Program-made: the position numbers and the translations under genes
Assembly (NCBI RefSeq): GCF_964204645.1
Contig: NC_134027.1
Span: forward strand, 1,272,485 to 1,336,484
Length of the DNA: 64,000 nucleotides
Source: Tubulanus polymorphus
Taxonomy: Eukaryota; Animalia; Nemertea
Direction of reading: 5' to 3'
The notes under the pieces: model-generated
Database searches by the model: none
Seen by the model: the letters and a program-made list of their open reading frames with translations, nothing else
What the model was told of the DNA's origin: nothing
Part shown: piece by piece, positions 12,945 to 24,702 of the stretch
Layout: each line of letters starts with the position of its first letter
Numbering within the stretch: position 1 is the stretch's first letter

Positions 12945-15110
12945 AATTGTTTATACAACTGTCAACATGGAGTTCATCTCACAAGCAAATTAGGTAATTA
13001 TCTTATGATTTTGTATGAAATGCTAATTTACATTTTTGCATTTAAGTTTAAATGAGTTTAAAATCACGTTTCATTTATTGTTTATTTTGTCGTTTCAGTT
13101 TTCAATTTGCCGAGATTAGTCGTCAGAAAACTGTTACAATGGAAACTAAGATAACAAAAACTTGATTCGGCAAAGATTGAAGAAATCTTGCGAAGAGATT
13201 GTTCATAGAACTGTCAACATGGAGTTCATCTCACAAGCAAATTAGGTAATTATCTTATGAAATTGGATGAATTGCCAATTTTACATTTTTGCATTTCAAG
13301 TAGGTGTAAATGAATTTTTGTCAACCTAACTCTTATAAAACTGTGTTAACCGTTGAACAGGATTCTAGAACTGTGCAGAAAACCCGTTATCGCTGCTTTG
13401 CAGCTATATTTATCTTATGATTTTGTATGAAATGCTAATTTTTGCATTTACGTTTAAATGAGTTTAAAATCATGTTTCATTTGTTGTTTATTTTGTCTTT
13501 TCAGTTTTCAATTTGCCGAGATCAGTCGTCAGAAAACTGTTACAACGGAAACTAAGATATCAAAGACTTGATTTGGCAAATATTGAAGAAATCCTGCGAA
13601 AAGATTATTCATGAATTGTTCATACAACTGTCAACATGGAGTTCATCTCACAAGCAAATTAGGTAATTATCTCATGATTTTGTATGAAATGCTAATTTTT
13701 ACATTTTTACATTTAAGTTTAAATGAGTTTAAAATCACGTTTCATTTGTTGTTTATTTTGTCTTTTCAGTTTTCAATTTGCCGAGATCAGTCGTCAGAAA
13801 ACTGTTACAACGGAAACTAAGATATCAAAGACTTGATTTGGCAAAGATTGAAGAAATCCTGCGAAAAGATTATTCATGAATTGTTCATACAACTGTCAAC
13901 ATGGAGTTCATCTCACAAGCAAATTAGGTAATTATCTCATGATTTTGTATGAAATGCTAATTTTTACATTTTTACATTTAAGTTTAAATGAGTTTAAAAT
14001 CACGTTTCATTTGTTGTTTATTTTGTCTTTTCAGTTTTCAATTTGCCGAGATCAGTCGTCAGAAAACTGTTACAACAGAAACTAAGATAACAAAGACTTG
14101 ATTTGGCAAAGATTGAAGAAATCCTGCGAAAAGATTATTCATGAATTGTTCATACAACTGTCAACATGGAGTTCATCTCACAAGCAAATTAGGTAATTAT
14201 CTCATGATTTTGTATGAAATGCTAATTTTTACATTTTTACATTTAAGTTTAAATGAGTTTAAAATCACGTTTCATTTGTTGTTTATTTTGTCTTTTCAGT
14301 TTTCAATTTGCCGAGATCAGTCGTCAGAAAACTGTTACAACAGAAACTAAGATAACAAAGACTTGATTTGGCAAAGATTGAAGAAATCCTGCGAAAAGAT
14401 TATTCATGAATTGTTCATACAACTGTCAACATGGAGTTCATCTCACAAGCAAATTAGGTAATTATCTCATGATTTTGTATGAAATGCTAATTTTTACATT
14501 TTTACATTTAAGTTTAAATGAGTTTAAGATCACGTTTCATTTGTTGTTTATTTTGTCTTTCCAGTTTTCAATTTGCCGAGATCAGTCGTCAGAAAACTGT
14601 TACAACGGAAACTAAGATATCAAAGACTTGATTTGGCAAAGATTGAAGAAATCCTGCGAAAAGATTATTCATGAATTGTTCATACAACTGTCAACATGGA
14701 GTTCATCTCACAAGCAAATTAGGTAATTATCTCATGATTTTGTATGAAATGCTAATTTTTACATTTTTACATTTAAGTTTAAATGAGTTTAAAATCACGT
14801 TTCATTTGTTGTTTATTTTGTCTTTTCAGTTTTCAATTTGCCGAGATCAGTCGTCAGAAAACTGTTACAACAGAAACTAAGATAACAAAGACTTGATTTG
14901 GCAAAGATTGAAGAAATCCTGCGAAAAGATTATTCATCAATTGTTCATACAACTGTCAACATGGAGTTCATCTCACAAGCAAATTAGGTAATTATCTTAT
15001 GATTTTGTATGAAATGCTTAATTTTACTCGTTATTTTTTTACTTATAAGTTGACTTTGAAATCTTTATTTATTTCTTGTTTATTTTGTCTTTTCAGTTTT
15101 GAATTTGCCA
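12945..15110 (+). repeat. 265-bp tandem repeat whose unit is one 158-nt exon plus one 107-nt GT-AG intron
   Basis: ORF track repeats every 265 bp; each unit has tttgtcttttcag| (e.g. exon start 13770) and ag|gtaatt (e.g. 13928). The exon has stops in all three frames. Confidence 0.85.
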
Positions 15111-15218
15111 AGATTCACATGTAGCAGATATAATGGAATTAAGTATTGAGAACCGCAACTTAACAATAAACCGGATCAACTTAATATAGTGCTGAGGACC
15201 AAAAATAAACAATAAACT

Positions 15219-15880
15219 GACCAGTGTAATTCAGTGTCGAGAACCGCAGTTAAACGATGAACCCGACCAGCGTAATTCAGTGTTGAGAACCACAATTAAA
15301 CGATGAACCAGACCAGTGTAATTCAGTGTCGAGAACCACAATTAAACGATGAACCTGACCAGTGTAATTCAGTGTCGAGACCAACAATTAAACGATAAAC
15401 CGGACCAGTGTAATTCAGTGTCGAGAACCTCAATTAAACGATGAACCCGACCAGTGTAATTCAGTGTCGAGAACCGCAATTAAAGGATGAACCGGACCAG
15501 TGTAATTCAGTGTCGAGACCAACAATTAAACGATAAACCCGACCAGTGTAATTCAGTGTCGAGAACCGCAATTAAACGATGAACCCGACCAGTGTAATTC
15601 AGTGTCGAGAACCGCAATTAAAGGATGAACCGGACCAGTGTAATTCAGTGTCGAGACCAACAATTAAACGATAAACCCGACCAGTGTAATTTAGTGTCGA
15701 GGACCACAATTAAACGATGAACCCGACCAGTGTAATTCAGTGCCGAGAACCACAATTAAATGATGAACCGGACCAGTGTAATTCAGTGTCCAGAGCCGCA
15801 GTTAAACAATGAACCGGACCAGTGTAATTCAGTGTCGAGAACCGCGATTAAACGATGAACCGGACCAGTGAAATTCAGTT
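15219..15880. repeat. 46-bp tandem repeat, ~14 units (second copy ~61252-61868)
   Basis: Unit gaccagtgtaattcagtgtcgagaaccgcaattaaacgatgaaccc. Confidence 0.95.
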
Positions 15881-16075
15881 TCGCAATTACCGCGATAAAA
15901 CGATTATCTGGAGTTGTAATAGTGTTGTGTATTTGCGTAGTGGATCAAGTGGAAGGATTTTAAGTGTATTTGGTGACTTTAATTCGTTCGCATCCAACAG
16001 AATCAACAAAGACATTACAAAAAACGACAAAAAATGATTGAATGTAAATGCATTGAATTTAGGTTTGATGATCAA

Positions 16076-17050
16076 GATAATCACTGATCAAGATTGACAG
16101 TTATAATCCATAATTGTTGAACTTGATCAGAGATTTTCAAGATCGATTTTAAGGTGATTCAGAAGTTTAAATCTGATGTTTTAATCTCTGGGACTCAGAT
16201 ATTAAATCAATAGATTTTTACTGCTGAATGATCTTCATGTACAGATGAGCTACAATTGTTCCTAGTGTGTTCTGTTAAGACTGATTAAAGGGTGGAAAAA
16301 CTTGACTCAAATTCAAATTGAGTCAAGTTTTTCTAAGATAATCTCTGATCAAGATCGGCAGTTACCGGTATAATCCATAATTGTTGAACTTGATTGGTGA
16401 TTTTCAAGATCTGTTTTAAGGTGATTCACAAGTTTAAATCTAATGTTTTAATCTCTGGGTTCCAGATATTAAATCAATAGATTTTTACTGCTGAATGACC
16501 TTCGTGTTCAGATAAGCTACAATTGTTCCTAGTGTGTTCTGTTAAGAAAGGGTTGAAAAACTTGACCCAAATTCAAATTGAGTCGAGTTTTTCCAAGATA
16601 ATCTCTGATCAAGATCGGCAGTTATAATCCATAATTGTTGAACTTGATTGGAGATTTTCGAGAACTGTTTTTAAGGTGATTCAGAAGTGTGAATCTGATG
16701 TTTTAATCTCTGGGTTTCAGAGATTAAATAAATAGGTTTTTACTTCTGAATCACTTCGGGTTTAGGTAAGTTAAAGTGGTTTCTATTGTAATCTGTTAAA
16801 CTGATTAAAGGGTGGAAAAACTTGATTCAAATTAATAATCTGAATCAAGTTTTCCAATGATAATCCGCGATCAAGTTCAGCAGTTATAATTCATAACTGT
16901 TGAACTCAATTCACAATTAAATGAACTGTTTTAAGGTGATTCAGAAGTATAAATCTGATGTTCTAATCTCTGGGTTTCAGAGATTAAATCAATAGGCTTT
17001 ACTTCTGGATCACTGTTGGGTTTTGATAAGTTGTAAGTTGTTCCTATTTT
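16076..17050 (+). ncRNA. Putative hairpin-RNA / miRNA-like polycistron: ~261-bp unit x ~3.7, at least three long stem-loops per unit
   Basis: First-unit hairpins at 16076-16138, 16151-16235 and 16295-16333; unit-to-unit changes are mostly G-U or compensatory on the + strand. Confidence 0.55.
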
Positions 17051-17861
17051 TTAATGAATTGGTAGAAATTCTATTTTTAGGTGACAGGTCAAATAGATTA
17101 GAGCAATAATTTATGCAGAGGTTGAATTAATTTAATGTTTAATATACCAAAGAATGGTTTATTGTGAAGATTTAATTAAAATCTTAAATAAAGAGTTGTT
17201 CAATTTCATAAATGTTTTGTTTTCGATGAAGTTTTTTCATTTTCTGGATTTGAGGAATTTGACTTTAAACACATCAGTGGATTCAGCACAGTTCTGTGGA
17301 CACAGTTTTGGGACCAAGACCTGGAGACACAGCTCAAGACCCAGTTACAAGTTCAACTGGACTCCATCCCAAAAAACCCTGGGCCCTTCAAACCTTTAAG
17401 TAAGATGCTCACTTATAGATTCATAAAATTGACCCTTATTATCATGTCATCTGCAGCACCATCTCAGAGGCTTAAACCAAGAATTTCTTGTAATGTTCAA
17501 CAAATGTGAATTACATTAAGTAATTTTTGAGATCGACTTACACCTGAGTTTTTTCTAAATCACAGTCTACTTATTTCATAGTCATCCACGATTTCATAGC
17601 TCTCTAACTATTCAACCCTTTCCCTGATGGGCCCTGGCCCCAATTGCTGAACCCAGTTCTCCAAGTCTAATTTCTGGGTTTAGTGGTTTATCAGGAAATT
17701 ATTGGATTAATTGGAAATATATCTAACAGTCATAATAAAGTTTAAAATTAATCATTTGACATATCGTAATTGATTTTGTTCGCCACAACGCCTTTCTCAG
17801 CAGGATTATAGCATTTTACTTTCTATGGGTTTTTTAAAGGTAAGTTTTCAAAGGACAGAAT

Positions 17862-17964
17862 GTCCGAATATACGTCCGGATCCGCCTTTATATGCCTCAT
17901 TCCGATTCTGCTCATTTGCATATATTTTCAGCAAGTGGAAATCCCCGAATTCCAAGATGGCGGC
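17862..17964 (-). promoter_or_regulatory. Putative promoter: octamer + TATA on minus strand, with YY1-type motif
   Basis: Minus strand reads ATGCAAATgag...gcaTATAAAgg; caagatggcggc at 17953-17964. 58/60 identical to 63901-63960 amid diverged flanks. Confidence 0.55.
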
Positions 17965-19009
17965 GACCATGATATATCAAATAACAACTATTTTGGGCCA
18001 AATCAACGCTTTCTCAAGCTCAATATGAGTTTTCCCGAGTGCAAATGTAACTTAAAGAGAAAATAATCCTGTTGGTTAGTTATATTTTTGATAATTGAAT
18101 TTATTTGCAAAGTTAAAGTGAAGTTCCAATGACAGATAGAAACGTTGAAAGACTGGGGTAGATTGAAACATGCCCTAGCCACTGGCCACTATCATATGAA
18201 CAGTCCTAAACGTTTTGATCCAACTGCACCAGTTGAGGTCACTAACTGTGTTGCCCTTATTTAACAATAATGCGTACATATAAGCACAAGGGCCCCCAAA
18301 CTGCAATTGCTCTGTTGGTTTTAAATCTGTATATAGTCTTAGTCATTTTTGATCTTATCATCTGTTCTCCACCTTTTTGAGTGTGAGAGTTTTATGAACT
18401 GTTGTGAAGATTGAGGAAGTCGATAGAAATAGATGAAAATTGTTAAAGTTGTTATCATGAAAATGACTGAGCTTACTATGTACAGTATATACGACCCAGA
18501 GGGACATGGCTTATTATGAGAAACATTGAGGTTTTCATGAAAGTTCATGAATTTTGCATGAAAGTACAATGTTGGAAAATATATCCCCTGTCACACTCCC
18601 TGATTCTTTTTCATTGCTCTCATTTCTCTGAAAGGCCCTTCAACTGAATCAGTCTCCAGTCGAAAAGGTTCCTCTTATAAGTTCAATTGTCTATAACTGA
18701 TGATGTGATGTGAAGAGTCTACAATTGAACAAATACCGCATTGAAATCAAATCTTCTCTATTTCAGGCATTACTTCTGGCATAAAACACTAAGCAATGTA
18801 GGAGCATTTATAGGCGCAGCAGGAAGGAGGAGTTCAGGAGCAGCATCATATAGGAGTTGCACAGGAGCAGCATCATAGGAGTAGTGCAGGAGCAGTGAGA
18901 GCTTCATAGGAGCAGCAAGACCAGCATCATAGATAGGAACAGTAGCTGAAGGAATGAAACAAGATAAGTAGCATTTGAAATATAGAAAATAGAAAAGCTG
19001 TAGAATGTT

Positions 19010-22000
19010 TTCTATTGTAAAAATATTTTCAAATTCAGTCTGATTTGTGCCAGATTGTAACTGTAGAAGTTTCACTCATTGTTTCAGTCTAATTGAGATG
19101 TGGCTGGTGTACATGTATCACTGACTGTGTAACACTGCAGTCATTTCTTCAATTATTCCTCCTCAGTTGGAAGAATGTTTGTTCTCTTATCTTCATTAGC
19201 GATAAGAATCAATCCCATCCGTCTAACAACAGCATCGTAACATTTCCACTTATCTAATCCTAGAGGGAATGAGCAGTATGAGGTTTGGGTATGGAGTGGG
19301 GCAGGGTAAGGTGTAGTTGACAGTTAGGGTAGGATAGGGTAATGTGATGAGGTAAGGTCGGTTTGATGATGCAGGGTTATTTGATGTGGTTGGATTCGAT
19401 GATGAGTTTGATATGGAACTGGTCGAGGTGGGTGTATGTGGTAGTGTACGGTGTGTATGTTCGGAGGGTGTATGATAACTGATTGAAAGGTTGCTGTTAG
19501 AGGTCAGTGCAGTAGTGATGCTGGTAAAGTTTGTGTAAGGTAGGCGTCGGTGTACCGGGTTAAGTATAGGGTAAGGCATGGTCAGAGTAATGTTACCGTA
19601 GAGGAAAAGTTATGTGGGGAAGGGTGTTTTTGTTTTCAGCCCACTTGAGACTTAAGTCTCAGCGGGCCGTTGCATTTTCTTTTCATCAGTTGTCCGTTTG
19701 TGCATCCGCAGACGGAATACAGTTATTTTTGGAGGTTTTTAAGTTTTCCAACGCCACTGCATATGTTCTCCAGGGGGTGTTGAGTATAGAATTTTCAGAT
19801 TGTCAGGAATTTCACCAAGTGTGCATGGTGTCCCTGGACTCCACAATTTTGAAATTAGGGTGAATTCTGTAGAATTCTAATGATTGGTTAAATGGGCATC
19901 ACTCTTTATAGGAATTCTGCGTTTAAAATATTGAATATGAAAGTAAGAACAGACGTCGTAGCTGTCACTGTGGACAGTGAATCTATTTCTGATTTGTGTG
20001 GATGTGATGGCGCAGGTTGTGGCCATAACTTCGAGGTCACCTCTTAATCATTACATGTCCTTAGATGGATAGGACACAAGGGTAAATGAAAACATTCTTT
20101 AGGTTACTGCCAGGTTTTAGGGTATCGTACCAAGCCTTATCCTGACCTCCTTCCCGCGCTAGCTATTCCAAAATCTCTATATGAGATACATCGATAACGA
20201 TGCTACTGAAGATTGAATTCATCGATTCATTTTGGAATTGAAACTTGTTTCATGGAACAAATGGTGCTGCAAATAAACAATATCATCAAACAATGATTCT
20301 GATTGACTATAGTGAACTGCTGCCCTACTACTGGTTTTAAAAGCACTGATTGAGATAGATTCAAACCCAGTTCAATTACTTATTTCCGAACACTTACTGC
20401 CGGTTGGTACTGGTACATAGCCAGGAGAGACAGCCATAAGAAAAAGAAAGAAAATGAAGAACATGAAGAGTGGGGGGTTTAGTCCACTGTCTGCCTAGCG
20501 GGTAGGCAGTGGTCTATTACTACCTCGACTCAAAAAAAAGGTGAGCTTAAAGCCACCAAGCACAAAAGTGGGGTCCGAAGGGTAGTCCTCTGCTGGCTTA
20601 GAGGGCAGGCATTGGTCTATTCTTACCTCACGTGCTTAAAAATTTTCACAAAAATGGCTATTAAGAGAGAGAGAGTGAGAGAGAGGAGGTGCTAAGTTTC
20701 CTGTACTTGACTGGGTGTAAAGTGATCAATAATGGAAATCATTTACGGTAAACCTTGAGTTTACTAACAATGTATTTTGGGTTCAGAGTCTATTTCCCAA
20801 CAGTTTGCTGTTCACAAGCTGGTAGTAGGGTAAAAACTACCGGTATTCAGAGATTTGTGAATCAGAAGTTTTGCCATCATTTGCTTCATGAATCATTCAC
20901 TTGTTAAAATGAATGATGTGACACACATGTAAAATACTGTTACTGATTTATCATTTTTGATGGTGTCTTGATATTCAATATCTTGCAGGTATCGTCTCCT
21001 AGTATTTCACATAGAATTGAGGAGTAGTTTGAGTGAGTGGGAGGCATGGAGAGATTGGGCTCAAGATATCTCACTCGTTTGTTTAGGTTTAGTTTGGGAT
21101 CATCTTATTCAGCTTCAGTGTATAATACATCCTCGACTACTTTTCAACTAGTAGTTCATCGTAGGTTTTTGACATCACATCCATAGCTCCTTCCACTACT
21201 CGTGAATTTACAATTCATTCCTATCCGATGATGCTATTTATGATGGAATGTGTTAAAGTAGATGTCTATGTGTTTTCATCTTTTGGTAAATCGTGAAAAA
21301 TTCTGGCTAATTTGAATCGAAAGCCATTGATTATTATCTTGTGCGGTAATGATGGAAAAATTCAAAATGCGAATAGCTGTGTGGAATAAGAGAATGTCTT
21401 GAAAGGATTTGAGACATTGAGATGTGTAAAGAGAGACTGATTACACCTGTACTGTCCTAGCCCCTCCCCAGGCAGTCACCACCTCGCCCCAACCAATTTT
21501 ACCAAATCACCCTCACCTCAACAACATCAAAATCCCTTTCACTTTTCCTCTACCATTATTTTTACCATGCCGGCTACCTTATCCCTAACCCTGCAAACCA
21601 CACTCTACTCTACACAAACCATACCAACATCACAACTGTACCGTCCTCCAGCACCAACCTTTCTTCATTGTCAGACACCTCTCTAACTATACATCGTACA
21701 CTACCACGTACACCCACCTCGACCGGTTCTATAACAAGCTGATCATCTAATCCAGCCATATCAAACAACCCTGCATCATCCAACCTGACCTTACCTTACC
21801 ACAATACCCTATCCTCCCCTAACATGTCAATCACACCATTCCCTTTTCCATTCCATTCCCAAGCGCCATAATACTCATTCCCTCTATGATTGAATAAGAT
21901 AGAAATGTTACAATGTTGTAGTTAGACGGATGGGATTGATTTTCTTTGCTAATGAAGATGAGAGATCAAACATTCTTCTAACTGAGGAGGAATAAGTGAA

Positions 22001-22135
22001 CAAACTACAGCGGTGTTACACACTCAATGTTACATGTACATCAGTTATATCTCAATTAGACTGAAACAATGAGTGAAACTTCTACAGTTACAATCTGACA
22101 CAAATCAGACTGTGTCAGAAAACATTTTTACATTA
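19010..22135. repeat. Diverged inverted duplication, arms ~19010-19630 and ~21530-22135
   Basis: e.g. cagattgtaactgtagaagtttcactcattgtttcagtctaattgagat (~19051) is the reverse complement of ~22049-22097. Confidence 0.9.
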
Positions 22136-22387
22136 GCCCCACGTGCTGAGTGGATGATAGACATCATGAGACTCATCAAATTTTGAGAAATTAGTTTAAT
22201 TGAAAAATTAATCTAAGCAATGTCTGTTTTTGCATTTCAGAGGTTGATGTTACCTGAACATGCAGTTCTGAGCTGACTCCAGATCAGGTGAGCATGTATG
22301 CAGTGAAATTGGGTAAAATCATGAGATTTTCCAAGAGCTCTTATTAGTGGAATTTTATCTCTAATAGCCCTTGATCCAAGTGCTGCC

Positions 22388-23918
22388 CAGTGAGACACTG
22401 TCTGGTGAACTCAACATCCAAGTGCTGCAGAATCTACCCCCAGTGAGACACTGTCTGGTGAACTCAACATCCAAGTGCTGCAGAATCTAGGTTTGAATTC
22501 TCTTAGATTTTTTAAACCTAAAATTCTAAGATATTCTGTAAAGACAACAATTTGACCAGTTGTCCTTTTGACTGCATGTTTTGAGTGATTTCCAATTAGC
22601 TACATGATTCAATGTGTGGTTGTCAAATGGCTCAATATTTCCCAAACCATTTTCTAATTTATAACTGTCAAAATTCATTTGTTCAATCATGAGGTCTAGA
22701 ATTGGTTTTCATTGAATACATGAAATCCAGATATTTTATTTGTTGATTTCAAAATTATTTATTTCGCCGATTCATTTCTAATCTCACTTTGGCAACTCAT
22801 TCTGAATCAGCGACGGAAGGTGACAAACTGGTCACATCGAAATACGCTGTGCTCGGTGCCTCGGGATCCGAACCCAAACCTGACCACACGTATAAATCCA
22901 ATTGAATCCATTCGGGTTCTTCCTTTTCTTAGTTAAACTCGTTTCTGTGGTTGCGAGACGGCGGGAAGAAAAATAGCGGTGGTGGTAAGGGGGGTGGTAG
23001 CCCTTTAAGTGAATATGCTCGGTGACAGGGATGGCGAAAGGCCACCCGGGGAGGACGATAGCATGAGGGCATCGGACGCTCCTTTACTGAACCGCGGACT
23101 CTGGGGCCCGAGAGTATCGTGTGTATGATCACTTACTCGATAGGGTAGTCATGTGCGTCAAGAGATACGGGCATTTCTATCCTAGCCTCAGTTGTCTGCG
23201 GGGACGCACCTTAAAACAGTTTGAAAAAATCACCTCGAACATGTTTAAGCATAATTCACGGGCGCCAAAAAAAAGAATAAACAGAAAGAAAGAAAGAGGT
23301 GTCGGTCGTTTTTATAAACCACTAGGGGCGAGTTTAGCTTAGGCGAGGAATTTGGCATCTTAGAAATATATTCGAAATTCCTAGGCTTTAATAGAGAATT
23401 CAGCAGGGAAAATATTTGAGTATTTTATGTGATTCAATTCTAAATTGTAACCTCATCGTGCAATGTATTTTATTGGAATGAACTTAAACAATCAGGCTGG
23501 ACTTTCACGTGATGTTTTGAAATATAGATTCAGGAACATTGACAATTCCTGATTTGAAGCACATGTTTTTACCACAAAGCAGTTAAACTTTACTCTATCT
23601 ACTGTATGATTACATTCTAACATGTATTTCTTTCCATTATTTTTCTATCATTCACGCCGAGATCATCTACTCCCAGTGAGAACTGTCTGGTGAACTCAAC
23701 ATCCAAGTGCTGCAGAATCTACCTCCAGTGATACACTGTCTGGTGAACTCGACACCCAAGTGCTGCAGAATCTACCCCCAGTGAGACACTGTCTGGTGAA
23801 CTCAACATCCAAGTGCTGCAGAATCTACCTCCAGTGAGACACTGTCTGGTGAACTCAACATCCAAGTGCTGCAGAATCTACCTGCAGTGAGACACTGTCT
23901 GGTGAACTCAACATCCAA
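22388..23918. repeat. 53-bp repeat in two blocks (2 units 22388-22488; ~5 units 23674-23918)
   Basis: Unit cagtgagacactgtctggtgaactcaacatccaagtgctgcagaatctacccc. Confidence 0.9.
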
Positions 23919-24555
23919 GGAGATGATCTGTTAATTACACTCATGGTTGTGCTGACTACTGATATGGGAGGTATGTATCCTATCTGGAGCCAATTTCACT
24001 TTGATTCCAACAACTAATTTCTTATGATACTCCATTTCATTTTCCATTAGAAGGAACTGTGTTATTATGATTTGTCTGAGTGTCCGTTAATGTTAGTTGA
24101 ACTGTAACCCAGAGAAGTGAACCGTGGATGTTATAACTCCACAGATGTCATGTATGTATCAGGACAACTTTCATTATCAATGAATATATGTTTTATTTTT
24201 TCATAATCTATGAAATAGATGTCATTGAATCTGTTATTTTCATTTCAGTGTCCTAAGTTTAACTGTAAAGGATAGAACCGATAGCTGAATTGAATTCAAC
24301 TCCTCCGGCAATGTTTGAGTCAGCTTCAGATATGAGTGGTATCTGTGTATGGAGACGAATTCAATTTGTGAGAATCTGTGAGATATAAATGTTACAATGT
24401 AGAATTTGTTATTCTCATTTCAGTGTCCATCAATATTAAGCTGAACTGATGCAGAATGAACTTATAGATAATGAACTGAATTGCTGGAGTCAGCTACTAC
24501 TGGTCTGTGGTATGTGTTTGGAGCCAGAAATTTAACAATGACTGTAATATAATCT

Positions 24556-24702
24556 CAGAGCTGCCAACTGTTACTGATTTTCAGTATTTGTAACGATTTT
24601 GTTACGAGAAATACTGATTTAGTTAATTCACATTTTGATGAAATGTTACTGAAAAAAGCTCAATTTGTTGGTGATAACACTTTTCAGGGGTTGGCAGCCC
24701 TG
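24556..24702. mobile_element. MITE, cagagctgccaac/gttggcagccctg TIRs, 6-bp TSD taatct
   Basis: TIRs and exact flanking direct repeat; related copy at 28066-28252. Confidence 0.85.

Larger units (their letters stand above)
1..17085. repeat. Segmental duplication copy 1 (left end outside window); near-identical to 46957-62825
   Basis: Position 1 (gatggcctccacagcc) = 46957. ORF-track entries pair with offsets 46736 and 46358, and the offset shifts are whole multiples of satellite units. Diverged homology continues to ~17965/63990. Confidence 0.97.

Noticed and set aside
13928-14034. Repeated intron as a snoRNA host
   Set aside because: No RUGAUGA/CUGA box pair or clear H/ACA hairpins visible.
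13611-14880. Five repeated 69-aa ORFs (MNCSYNCQ...)
   Set aside because: They run across the predicted AT-rich intron of the 265-bp unit; repeat artefact.
22929-23342. Possible MITE with imperfect TIRs (ttagttaaactcg.../...cgagtttagcttag)
   Set aside because: TIR match is weak and there is no unambiguous TSD or second copy in the window.
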